A DNA stretch of 59,031 bases, the filler included. It is 4 parts of 4 records of this genome, joined end to end, with 100 filler letters (N's around TTAATTAATTAA, not from the genome) between each part and the next. Parts side by side here need not be neighbours in the genome. Positions count along the whole stretch, not along the records: positions 7,354 to 37,453 come from SRR20825019_1125; 3 more parts are not named here. One strand, written 5' to 3'. The notes under the pieces were generated by a model. That model ran no database searches. It saw only the letters and a program-made list of their open reading frames with translations, and was not told the DNA's origin. The translations under genes were made by a program, and so were the position numbers. Shown here piece by piece: positions 29,448 to 37,553 of the stretch (its first letter is position 1; each line of letters opens with the position of its first letter).

Positions 29448-31097
29448 CTATCCGTTACGCCGAACGGCAATCGCGCGGGCGATGTCGGAGAGGGCGTCAA
29501 GCTTGGCCTCGCACGACCCTTCCGCGTAAACCTTTTCGAGCTTTTCGGCATAGGTCTGCAATTCACGCAGGCAGTCCTCGCCGGCGTGATGGAGCATCGG
29601 CGTTTCATAATTGTCATCGGCAAAATCGGCAGCGACGATGCCGAGCAGGAGATAGCCCGCCGCCTTTTCGGGCTGTTTCTCCGCCTGCCGGAAGGCCACT
29701 TCCGCCGCCTTGCCGAAGGCTTTCACGGCCACCTTGTTTTCAATCACAAATGCGGGAATATCCTTGAACACTGATACTTCCTTCGTCTGGTTTTCATTCT
29801 CGAAGCGCGAATCTCCGCCAAGGTAATGGCACAGCAATTCGACCGCGCATAGCAGGTCGCCGATCTCCATCGCTTCGTCCGGATTATGCGATCCATGATC
29901 ATTTCGCACAAAAATCATCCCGGCGGAAATGCCTTTGCCGGCAAATACCGCGGCATCGTGTCCGCCGCCCGAGACCATGCGGATCGGCGCGAGCCCGGCA
30001 TCGTTCCCGGCCCGCTCCAGATCGGCGATGATTTTCCGCGACAAAGACGCGGGCGCGGTCTTCAGTGGCTCGCCCAGAACGAAGCGGACCTTGCGTGCCG
30101 CCTCGATCCGGCTGACCTCCCGTTCGAGCAACGTGTGGAAGCGCTCCAGTGTGGCAACATCATCGCTGCGCACATCAAGGCTGAAATGCACGGCGTCCGG
30201 TATTCGCGACATCGCATGGGTCGCCTCATTGGTGGAAACCACGCCGCTGGTAACCACCAGATCCCGGCCATTGTCGACGGCTTCCTGCCAGGCCTGATCC
30301 AGATGCGCCATCAGATCGGCCATCGCCAGCACCGGGTCATGGCGGTAGGCGCGCGGGACAGCGCCGGAATGGCCGCTTTCACCGAAACAGGTGATGGATT
30401 TGTAGCGGAAATTGCCCCGGATACCGGTCACCACGGCGACGGGCAGGTCGCGTTCGACCAGAACCGGCCCCTGTTCGATGTGGACCTCGATATACTGCGC
30501 GACCGCTTCCGTCCGGATCAGCGGCTCGCCGTTGCGCACCTTGCCGATGTCGATGCCGATCGCCTCCATATGCGCGGCGAGCGAATGGCCGTCATCCCTG
30601 TGGCGCGCTTCCAGTTCTTTGTCCGACAGCGTTCCGAGCAGCGCCTTGGAGCCGATGTAGCAGGGGCCGAACCACGCGCTTTCCTCGCCGCGCATCGCAA
30701 TCACCCTGACCGGCATGTGGAACGCGTTCGCCAGACCTTGGCGCACCGCCACCAGACAAAGCATGCCGGCAACGACGCCCGCCAGCCCGTCGAAATTGCC
30801 GCCCTGGTCGATGCTGTCGACATGCGAGCCGACCAGACAATAGCGTTCGGCCGCCGCGTGCTCGGGCAGGCTCATGACCAGATTGCATCCTGCGTCATAA
30901 CCGGTCGAAAGACCCTCGGCCTCGGCAACGCCCGCAAGATATTCCAGCACTTCGGTTTCCCTGGCGGAATAGGCCGGGCGGCTGACGCCCGCTTCGGCAG
31001 CGCTGATGCGCGCCACGTCGTCGAACATACGCGCCGCCAGCGATGCGAGATCGGCCGATACGATGCCGGGAGAAGGTTGAGGTCGGTGGTGCGTCAT
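29448..31097 (-). CDS. M20-family Zn amidohydrolase (N-carbamoyl-amino-acid/allantoate amidohydrolase family) with an extra ~107-aa C-terminal region
   Basis: GSHVDS..GGNFDGLAGV, RGEES, EVHIEQGPVL, GHSGAVP, SGGGHDA, SHNPDE; ATGA overlap with the pyrD stop. Confidence 0.9.
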   Translation of the reverse strand: MTHHRPQPSPGIVSADLASLAARMFDDVARISAAEAGVSRPAYSARETEVLEYLAGVAEAEGLSTGYDAGCNLVMSLPEHAAAERYCLVGSHVDSIDQGGNFDGLAGVVAGMLCLVAVRQGLANAFHMPVRVIAMRGEESAWFGPCYIGSKALLGTLSDKELEARHRDDGHSLAAHMEAIGIDIGKVRNGEPLIRTEAVAQYIEVHIEQGPVLVERDLPVAVVTGIRGNFRYKSITCFGESGHSGAVPRAYRHDPVLAMADLMAHLDQAWQEAVDNGRDLVVTSGVVSTNEATHAMSRIPDAVHFSLDVRSDDVATLERFHTLLEREVSRIEAARKVRFVLGEPLKTAPASLSRKIIADLERAGNDAGLAPIRMVSGGGHDAAVFAGKGISAGMIFVRNDHGSHNPDEAMEIGDLLCAVELLCHYLGGDSRFENENQTKEVSVFKDIPAFVIENKVAVKAFGKAAEVAFRQAEKQPEKAAGYLLLGIVAADFADDNYETPMLHHAGEDCLRELQTYAEKLEKVYAEGSCEAKLDALSDIARAIAVRRNG

Positions 31098-32035
31098 ATC
31101 ATCGCCTCCGCAAGTTCGATATTCCCTTCCGCAGGCAGCGCGGAGCCAATGATTTCCGCGATCGATGCGACGCCCTGGGCCTTGAGCGCAACCGCAAGCT
31201 CATCAACGAGCCGCGGCATGATGGTGGGATCGAGGAAATTTGCCGTGCCGACCTGAACGGCGCTGGCGCCGACCATCAGATATTCGAGAACGTCGTCGAC
31301 CGAGGAAATGCCGCCGCAGCCGATCACCGGGATGGAGACCGCGCGCGCGCACTGGTAGGCGACCCGCAGGGCCACGGGCTTGAGGGCGGGGCCCGACAGG
31401 CCGCCCAGAACATTGCCCAGCCTGAAGCGCCGGGTTTGGATGTCGACCGCAGTCGCGAGCAGCGTGTTGGTGGCAACAAGCGCATCGGCGCCGGCATCTT
31501 CGGCGGCATGAGCGATTGCGGCCACATCGCTGGCGTTGGGCGAAAGCTTGGCCCAGAGCGGAAGATCAGTCGCTGCGCGCATTTGTGCGATCACCCGCGC
31601 CGTCGCTGTCTCGCTGAGCGCGAAGGCGCGGCCATCATCCTCGATATTCGGGCACGAGATATTGACCTCGATGGCGCTCACTCCGGGGAGCGTCAGAGCA
31701 CGCGCGAATGCTGCAAAGAATTCGGCAGAGGGGGCCGAGACGCTGACCACGAGGGGAACGGCGAACGCGCCGAAGGCAGGGACAATGTTGCGGATAAGGT
31801 AATCGCTGCCCTGGCTCGGAATGCCGATCGAGTTCAGCATGCCATCATGCAATTCGCAAACACGCGGGACAGGATTGCCGGCGCGCCGTTGCGGCGTCAC
31901 TGTTTTCAGCACCATCGCCCCCAGCCGGTTGAAGTCGAAGATCTCGGCCATTTCAATTCCGAACGTGCCGGAGGCCGGCATGATCGGGTTTTGCAGGGCA
32001 AGATCGCCGATACGGACGGAAAGGTCGGTCATCAC
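31094..32035 (-). CDS. pyrD: Dihydroorotate dehydrogenase class 1B catalytic subunit (possibly acting as orotate reductase)
   Basis: NPIMPASGTFG, GNPVPRV, MLNSIG, EVNISCPN (catalytic Cys), KLSPN, NTL, GGLSGPALKPVAL, VQVGTANF. Confidence 0.92.
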   Translation of the reverse strand: MMTDLSVRIGDLALQNPIMPASGTFGIEMAEIFDFNRLGAMVLKTVTPQRRAGNPVPRVCELHDGMLNSIGIPSQGSDYLIRNIVPAFGAFAVPLVVSVSAPSAEFFAAFARALTLPGVSAIEVNISCPNIEDDGRAFALSETATARVIAQMRAATDLPLWAKLSPNASDVAAIAHAAEDAGADALVATNTLLATAVDIQTRRFRLGNVLGGLSGPALKPVALRVAYQCARAVSIPVIGCGGISSVDDVLEYLMVGASAVQVGTANFLDPTIMPRLVDELAVALKAQGVASIAEIIGSALPAEGNIELAEAMI

Positions 32036-32868
32036 ACGATCTCCTCCAGCCCGAAGACCGGCCCTTCGTGACAGACCCTGAGGTTGACGCCAACGCCATC
32101 GCGGCGGAAGGGGCGGACGCAGGCCTGACAGGCGCCGACGCCGCAGGCCATGTGCTGTTCAAGCGCCGCCTCGCCGGAAATCCCATGGCTGCGACCGAGC
32201 CTTTGCATGACCCCAATAAGGCGCGCCGATCCGCAGGTATAGAAGCGGTCGACACCCTCGGTTTCAATCAGGTTCTCTATCGTTGCCTTGATGCTTTCGA
32301 CGGCGGAGTTTCCTTCGCTGTCGCTCACCGCAATGACATTGACGCCCCAGGAGCGAAACCGATCGAGCGACATCAGAAGTTCCGGCGCTCTGGCGCTGCA
32401 GATGGCGGTGACCTTCGCAGACGACCGGGAGAGCGCCTCGGCAAGCGGGGCGAGCGTTGCCAGGCCGACGCCGCGCGCAAGCAGCAGGGGATGCCGGGAA
32501 TGATGCGCCATGTCGAACCCGCGGCCCAGCGGGCCGACAAGATCGAGATCGTCGCCGGGCCGGAGGCCTGCAAGCGCGCGGGTTCCAAGACCGGTAACCT
32601 TGTAGAGGAATGAAAGCGCGCCACGCGCACGATCGAAACCGTAAATGCTCATCGGCCTGCGGAAGAAAGGCGACGGGTGGCCATCGACCGGGCAGCGCAG
32701 GTGGAAGAACTGGCCCGGCGCGCATGCGAGCATTGCCGGCTCCGCTTTGGCCACGAGCAGACGATACTCCGCATTCACCGGCCGGTTCTCGACCACGGCG
32801 GCAAGACCCTGCCGTATCGGGTACCGGGGCGAGGGGATGTTGATGACAGCTTTGGCGTGGGTGTTCAT
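32032..32868 (-). CDS. pyrK: Dihydroorotate dehydrogenase electron-transfer subunit (FAD, 2Fe-2S)
   Basis: PGQF, RRPMSI, GLGTRAL, GPLGRGF, GVGLA, TCGS, EQHMACGVGACQAC..VCHEGPVF. Confidence 0.92.
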   Translation of the reverse strand: MNTHAKAVINIPSPRYPIRQGLAAVVENRPVNAEYRLLVAKAEPAMLACAPGQFFHLRCPVDGHPSPFFRRPMSIYGFDRARGALSFLYKVTGLGTRALAGLRPGDDLDLVGPLGRGFDMAHHSRHPLLLARGVGLATLAPLAEALSRSSAKVTAICSARAPELLMSLDRFRSWGVNVIAVSDSEGNSAVESIKATIENLIETEGVDRFYTCGSARLIGVMQRLGRSHGISGEAALEQHMACGVGACQACVRPFRRDGVGVNLRVCHEGPVFGLEEIV

Positions 32869-33078
32869 GGAAATCGAAAATAGCTCCTGCGACCGGTCAA
32901 GACCGGCGCTGTCGACTGAATGGAGAATTGGAATCCCGTGGATGCGCAGATTCAATCAGCTTCGGGAAAAATCAGACAAGGCCGAAACGCGTCGGCAGCG
33001 CTCTGCTTTACGCTCGGGAAACGTTCTGAAACGGACTTTGCGAGCCATCCGAATACCTCCGGCAGGAGTTAAAAACCG

Positions 33079-33136
33079 AGGCTATTATTGCCTCGTCCCA
33101 CTGTCAAGATAATTCTCATTTTTGCGAATTATCTTG
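33079..33136 (-). promoter_or_regulatory. Sigma70 promoter of the pyrK operon (TTGACA-17-TAGCCT) abutting putative operator 2 (CAAGATAATTCTCA-TTTT-TGCGAATTATCTTG)
   Basis: TGTCAA at 33102-33107 is TTGACA on the minus strand; 14-4-14 inverted repeat with one mismatch at 33105-33136. Confidence 0.75.
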
Positions 33137-33167
33137 GTTCGGTGCGACGAGACGCTTCGAAGACCGA

Positions 33168-34448
33168 TCACCGTCCCAGAAGATTCGGCAGGAAAAGCGA
33201 GACTTGCGGGAGGTAGGTGACAATCCCAAGCGCTATGAGATTGGCGAGGATGAAAGGCCATACGCCGGCTATGATCGCCGTGACCGGTTTCTGCAGGGTG
33301 GAGGAGGCGACGAAAATGTCGAGCCCGAATGGCGGCGTGATCATCCCGATGCAGATATTGAGCGTCATGATCATGCCGAGATGAACCGGATCGATGCCAA
33401 GCGCCATCGCCGCCGGAAACAGTGCCGGCACCAGAATGATCAGCGCCGAATTGGGATCGATGAACATGCCGGCAATCAGGAAGATCGCGTTGACGATCAG
33501 CAGAAAGACGAACGGCCCCGCCTGAACCAGATCGAGGAACCCGATGATCGCCTGCGGCATGCGGGCGAGGGTGATGAAATGGGCGAGAATGCTTCCGAAG
33601 GCGAGCAGCATGAAGATCACCGATGTCGAGATCGCCGCGCGTTCGGTCACCTCAAACAGTTTCCTGAGCGAGAGGCTTCTGTAGACCGCGAATTCGATGA
33701 TAATCGCATAGACCACGCTGACGGCGGCGGCTTCGGTCGGCGTGAAGAAGCCCGAATAGATCCCCCCGAGAATGATCACGGGCATGCCGAGCGCACCGAG
33801 CGCCTCCCGACTGGCGGCGATGCGTTCGGCAAAGCCTGCTGGCTCGCCGCGCTTGATCCCGCACCGCCTCGCCTCGATCGCGACATAGACGGCAAAGACG
33901 AGAGCCAGCAGCAGACCGATGGAAAGCCCGCCGATAAACAGTTCGGAAATCGAGGTTCCCGTGATCCAGCCATAGACGATGATCGTGATCGACGGGGGGA
34001 TGAGCAATGCCGTCTCGGCGCTCGAAACGATCAGCCCGAGCGAAAACTTCTCGCTGAAACCGGCCTTGCGCATTTCCGGATAGACCATGCCGCCCATTGC
34101 CGCCACGGTGGCCGGCGCCGACCCCGAGATCGACCCGAAGGTGAGCGCGCCGCCGATGGCCGAATACCCGATCCCTCCGGCCATATGGCCGCAGAGCGAG
34201 CGCACGAAAACCATCAGCCGTCGCGCGATCTGTCCTTCCCCCATCAGCTCGGCGGCGAAGATGAAGAACGGGATCGCCAGCAGGGTTGAATGGTCGACGC
34301 CCCCGACAATGCGCTGCATTATCGATGTCATCGGGAGCGACGCGAAATAGGCCTGCTTGATCAGCAGCGCTGGGACTCCCAGCACCAGAAAAATTTCGAA
34401 GCCTGCGACCAGCAGCAGTCCGGCAAGTATGATGATGACAACCAACAT
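33168..34448 (-). CDS. dctM: TRAP transporter large permease (DctM)
   Basis: LLAIPFFIFAAELM, GSISGSAPAT, LIPPS, TPTEAA, ITPPFG. Confidence 0.95.
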   Translation of the reverse strand: MLVVIIILAGLLLVAGFEIFLVLGVPALLIKQAYFASLPMTSIMQRIVGGVDHSTLLAIPFFIFAAELMGEGQIARRLMVFVRSLCGHMAGGIGYSAIGGALTFGSISGSAPATVAAMGGMVYPEMRKAGFSEKFSLGLIVSSAETALLIPPSITIIVYGWITGTSISELFIGGLSIGLLLALVFAVYVAIEARRCGIKRGEPAGFAERIAASREALGALGMPVIILGGIYSGFFTPTEAAAVSVVYAIIIEFAVYRSLSLRKLFEVTERAAISTSVIFMLLAFGSILAHFITLARMPQAIIGFLDLVQAGPFVFLLIVNAIFLIAGMFIDPNSALIILVPALFPAAMALGIDPVHLGMIMTLNICIGMITPPFGLDIFVASSTLQKPVTAIIAGVWPFILANLIALGIVTYLPQVSLFLPNLLGR

Positions 34449-34459
34449 GGGTCCTGATC

Positions 34460-34948
34460 CTAGCTTTGAGCCGAAAAGCGGTCATACCTGCCGAGTGCGC
34501 TTAGCAGGAACCTGAGCGCCAGCAGGCCGAACCCGATCGTCGGAGCGGCGTAAAGCCATGCGGTCGATATGTTCAGCGTGGGATTTTTCTGGTGAAGACG
34601 CAGCACGAAAGCGCACATCTGCCAACCGAGATAGGCAAGCTCCAGCGAAACCAGAAGACCGGTGATGTCGATGATCAGCCTGATCGGAAGACGGGTTTTC
34701 TCCGCTATCCTGTCGCGCCATGAGTTGATGCAGACCTGCCGTCCCTTTTCCAGCGCAAGACCGGCCGTCAGGAACACGAGGTAAAGGTTGAGAATGCCGA
34801 CCAGCGGATCGATCCAGACGAAATCGGACGCCCGTCTCGGCGCGACTTCGCGGACGACGACATTGGTGAAGTAGAGGGCGACCATCGTCAAAAAGACAGC
34901 GACGATAACCAGACGCTCCGCGTTGCGCAAAAACTTGAGGATTCCCAT
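34460..34948 (-). CDS. dctQ: TRAP transporter small permease (DctQ)
   Basis: 4 TM, located between dctP and dctM; NVVVRE; PTLNISTAWLYAAP. Confidence 0.88.
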   Translation of the reverse strand: MGILKFLRNAERLVIVAVFLTMVALYFTNVVVREVAPRRASDFVWIDPLVGILNLYLVFLTAGLALEKGRQVCINSWRDRIAEKTRLPIRLIIDITGLLVSLELAYLGWQMCAFVLRLHQKNPTLNISTAWLYAAPTIGFGLLALRFLLSALGRYDRFSAQS

Positions 34949-34987
34949 CGGAACGCTCCGGTTGGAAGGCAGAACCAAAAAGACCAA

Positions 34988-35015
34988 GCCGCGAAAACCC
35001 GAAGGCTTTCGCGGC
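34988..35015 (-). terminator. Stem-loop after dctP (attenuating terminator)
   Basis: GCCGCGAAA / TTTCGCGGC stem followed on the minus strand by TTGGTCTTTTT. Confidence 0.6.
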
Positions 35016-35037
35016 CGTGAGGCTTTTCGTGGCGGTA

Positions 35038-36063
35038 TTACTGGCCGGAAACGCGGCTGTATTCGCTCTCGTAAACGTCGATAAGCTGCTGTCCGGCAGC
35101 GCCCGCACGATCCAGATAGGCGCTCTTGGTGGCGGGATACATGATCTCCCGGAACCTGGCCTTCATCGCGTCGTCGGCAATCTGCACGTTCATCCCCTGT
35201 TCCTTGACGGCGGCAAGCGCATCATCGATCGCGGCTTGCTTGTGCGTCATCAGTTCCGGAATAACCTCGCGGAACGTATCCGCGATCACCGTCTGGTATT
35301 CGGCCGGCAGGCTGTCCCAGAATGCCGGGTTGAACAGGATGACGTCCTCCATCGCGCCGTGGTTGGAGACCAGAAGGTTCTTCTGGACCTCGTAATACTT
35401 CATGTTGCGGATGGTATCGAGCGGGTTTTCCTCGCCGTCGACGACGCCGGTCTGAAGGGCGGTGTAGAGCTCGGAGAAAGCAATCGGCGTCGCTGCCGCA
35501 TCGATTGCCTTGAACTGCTCGACAAGAATGTTTGAATCCATCACCCGGAACTTTGAACCTGCAAAATCCTCGACCGTGGCGATCGGGCTGTTGGAGGTGA
35601 AGTTCTTCTTGCCGTTTGGCCACAGGCCGAGGCAGGTTACGCCGTAATCACTGAAGGTGTCACAGAGCGCCTCGCCGAATTGGCCCTCGATGATCTCCTG
35701 ATGCTGCTCGTCGCTCTCCGGCAGGAGATAGGGAATATCGAGGATCGAAACCGCCGGATTGAACCCGCCCAGAAAAGCCGCCGGCGAAATCGTCGCCTCG
35801 ATCGTCCCGAGCTGAACGCCCTCTGTCATCTCCCGCTGCTGGCCGAGTTGGCCCTGCGGGAAGATCTGGAATTCGACATCGCCATTGGTTCGTTCGCTGA
35901 CCAGGGAGGCGACCTTTTCCAGCATGACATTGCGGGTCTGCTGCGGCGCTTCGAGGTGCCCGATCTTGGCGACATACTGGGCAGCTTCGGCTGAAAACGG
36001 CACCAAAGCCGCTATCAGCGCGCCGGCAAGCACTTGACGGCGATTGAAGGAAAGGACGAGCAT
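35038..36063 (-). CDS. dctP: TRAP transporter solute-binding protein (DctP), possible Tat-type signal
   Basis: NRRQVLAG signal; FPQGQLG; SKFRVM (conserved Arg); FSELYTALQTGVVDGEENP. Confidence 0.95.
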   Translation of the reverse strand: MLVLSFNRRQVLAGALIAALVPFSAEAAQYVAKIGHLEAPQQTRNVMLEKVASLVSERTNGDVEFQIFPQGQLGQQREMTEGVQLGTIEATISPAAFLGGFNPAVSILDIPYLLPESDEQHQEIIEGQFGEALCDTFSDYGVTCLGLWPNGKKNFTSNSPIATVEDFAGSKFRVMDSNILVEQFKAIDAAATPIAFSELYTALQTGVVDGEENPLDTIRNMKYYEVQKNLLVSNHGAMEDVILFNPAFWDSLPAEYQTVIADTFREVIPELMTHKQAAIDDALAAVKEQGMNVQIADDAMKARFREIMYPATKSAYLDRAGAAGQQLIDVYESEYSRVSGQ

Positions 36064-36100
36064 GAGGAAGTTCCCTTTTTTATCGTTGGAAGATTCCCGG

Positions 36101-36183
36101 ATGTTAGATCGGTTTTTGGATGGGGGTCAAGAATATTCTCAAAAATGCGAATTATCGCTTTTCAGTTATATTTTTTGAGAATT
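36101..36183. promoter_or_regulatory. Divergent dctP/XRE promoter region with putative operator 3 (ATTCTCA-AAAA-TGCGAAT, 36135-36152)
   Basis: Minus-strand TTGACC-18-TAACAT lies next to the palindrome, as at operator 2; extra half site TGAGAATT at 36176-36183. Confidence 0.7.
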
Positions 36184-36219
36184 CATGCTAGACCGTCTGA
36201 AATTGATGCGTGGAGAATC

Positions 36220-37113
36220 ATGACAGAACAATCCGTCTCAATTCAGGAAATCGGCAACCGCCTGAAGGCATTCCGGCTGGGCAAGGGGCTGACGCCCGAG
36301 GAGCTCGCCAAGCAGATTGGAATCTCCCGTGCTGCAATATACCGTTATGAGGCGGGCGCGACGCCAAAAGTCGACACGCTGGCATTGATCGCGGAAAAAC
36401 TGGGCGTGACGCTCACCAATATTCTCGGGATCGGCACGGAATATATCTCGACGGCTGTCGGCTTTTTCGAGCGGATGCGCCAACTTGAAGCCGATGTCGA
36501 TCAGATCAGCGTACTGTTCGGCCCGATCTCCTACCTCCTCACGACCGATGCCTACGACGCCGTGCTGCCAGAGGTTCTGGAAGAAAGCGTGCCGGCCGAT
36601 GCCCCGTTCCGCGAGAATACGCTGCGCGATATCGATACGCTGATCCAGATCCTGCTCGCGCGCAAACGCGCGTTCCGCGAGCGCAAACCGTCGATCCTCA
36701 GCCTGGTGGCGCTCGGCGAGCTCGAGCAGTTCGTCCGTTCCGGCTTTGTCGGAAGCTACCGGCCGGATGGCAGCGACCTCGCGGCGCGGCGCAAGGCGGC
36801 GCTCACCGAGGTGAACCATATCCTTGATCTCCTCGCCGATCCGCCGATCGGCGTTCAGATCGGCCTGGTGGTGGATTCGCTTCCCGGATCCTCGTTTCAG
36901 CTATTCCGAAGCGGTCAGCACAAGACGCTCTGCGTCAGCCCATATCGTCTGGGCGCCTTCCCGAATGTGCGAATCGGGGTTGCCACGGTCACCTCGGCGG
37001 CGGAGGCCATCGCGCTGCACACCGGCGTTACCGACCGCCTCTGGCGTGCCAGCCTGAAGGCCGATGATGCCATCCGGCTGATACGCTCCGAACTGATCGA
37101 CAAATACCGATAG
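36220..37113 (+). CDS. XRE-family HTH transcriptional regulator with uncharacterised C-terminal (ligand-binding?) domain
   Basis: IGNRLKAFRLGKGLTPEELAKQIGISRAAIYRYEAG; GGAG RBS; divergent from the TRAP operon. Confidence 0.9.
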   Translation: MTEQSVSIQEIGNRLKAFRLGKGLTPEELAKQIGISRAAIYRYEAGATPKVDTLALIAEKLGVTLTNILGIGTEYISTAVGFFERMRQLEADVDQISVLFGPISYLLTTDAYDAVLPEVLEESVPADAPFRENTLRDIDTLIQILLARKRAFRERKPSILSLVALGELEQFVRSGFVGSYRPDGSDLAARRKAALTEVNHILDLLADPPIGVQIGLVVDSLPGSSFQLFRSGQHKTLCVSPYRLGAFPNVRIGVATVTSAAEAIALHTGVTDRLWRASLKADDAIRLIRSELIDKYR

Positions 37114-37214
37114 CGTCGCCGCGTTCCAACTGGAGCATCGGAAGATTGTTGGCCGCCGGTCCTGGAGAAAAAACAATCCAATAGGATTTCATCCGACTGT
37201 TCTGCCCATCGCCT

Positions 37215-37365
37215 GGACGCGAGACGGTCGCCAGCGGCAACGACATAGCCGTAAAAATGTTGCGCGCCATGGCAAAGATAGCGAAGGCCCGGCTCTCCAT
37301 CTTTTGTCCTGAGAAAGCGGTCCGCCGGGCAGCGTCCCAGATAGACGCCAATAGGCACATGCGCG
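37215..37365 (-). pseudogene. Remnant of an anaerobic sulfatase-maturase-like radical SAM/SPASM C-terminus
   Basis: GRCPADRFLRTKDGEPGLRYLCHGAQHF resembles the GGCPKDRF..DGEPGLNYLC motif; no intact ORF. Confidence 0.6.
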
Positions 37366-37423
37366 GCCTTCTTCCGGAAGGTCCCGGAAGAATTCAATAG
37401 AATAAAAGCTTATGTAGTAAAAA

Positions 37424-37453
37424 TGGCTCCCCGGGTCGGATTCGAACCGACGA
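37424..37453 (-). tRNA. 3' portion of a tRNA (probably tRNA-Asn), truncated by the contig end
   Basis: Minus strand TCGTCGGTTCGAATCCGACCCGGGGAGCCA: T-arm, acceptor stem and CCA; anticodon not in the window, so identity is inferred from the acceptor. Confidence 0.8.
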
Positions 37454-37553
37454 NNNNNNNNNNNNNNNNNNNNNNNNNNNNNNNNNNNNNNNNNNNNTTA
37501 ATTAATTAANNNNNNNNNNNNNNNNNNNNNNNNNNNNNNNNNNNNNNNNNNNN
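37454..37553. other. Artificial contig spacer
   Basis: N44-TTAATTAATTAA-N44. Confidence 0.98.
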
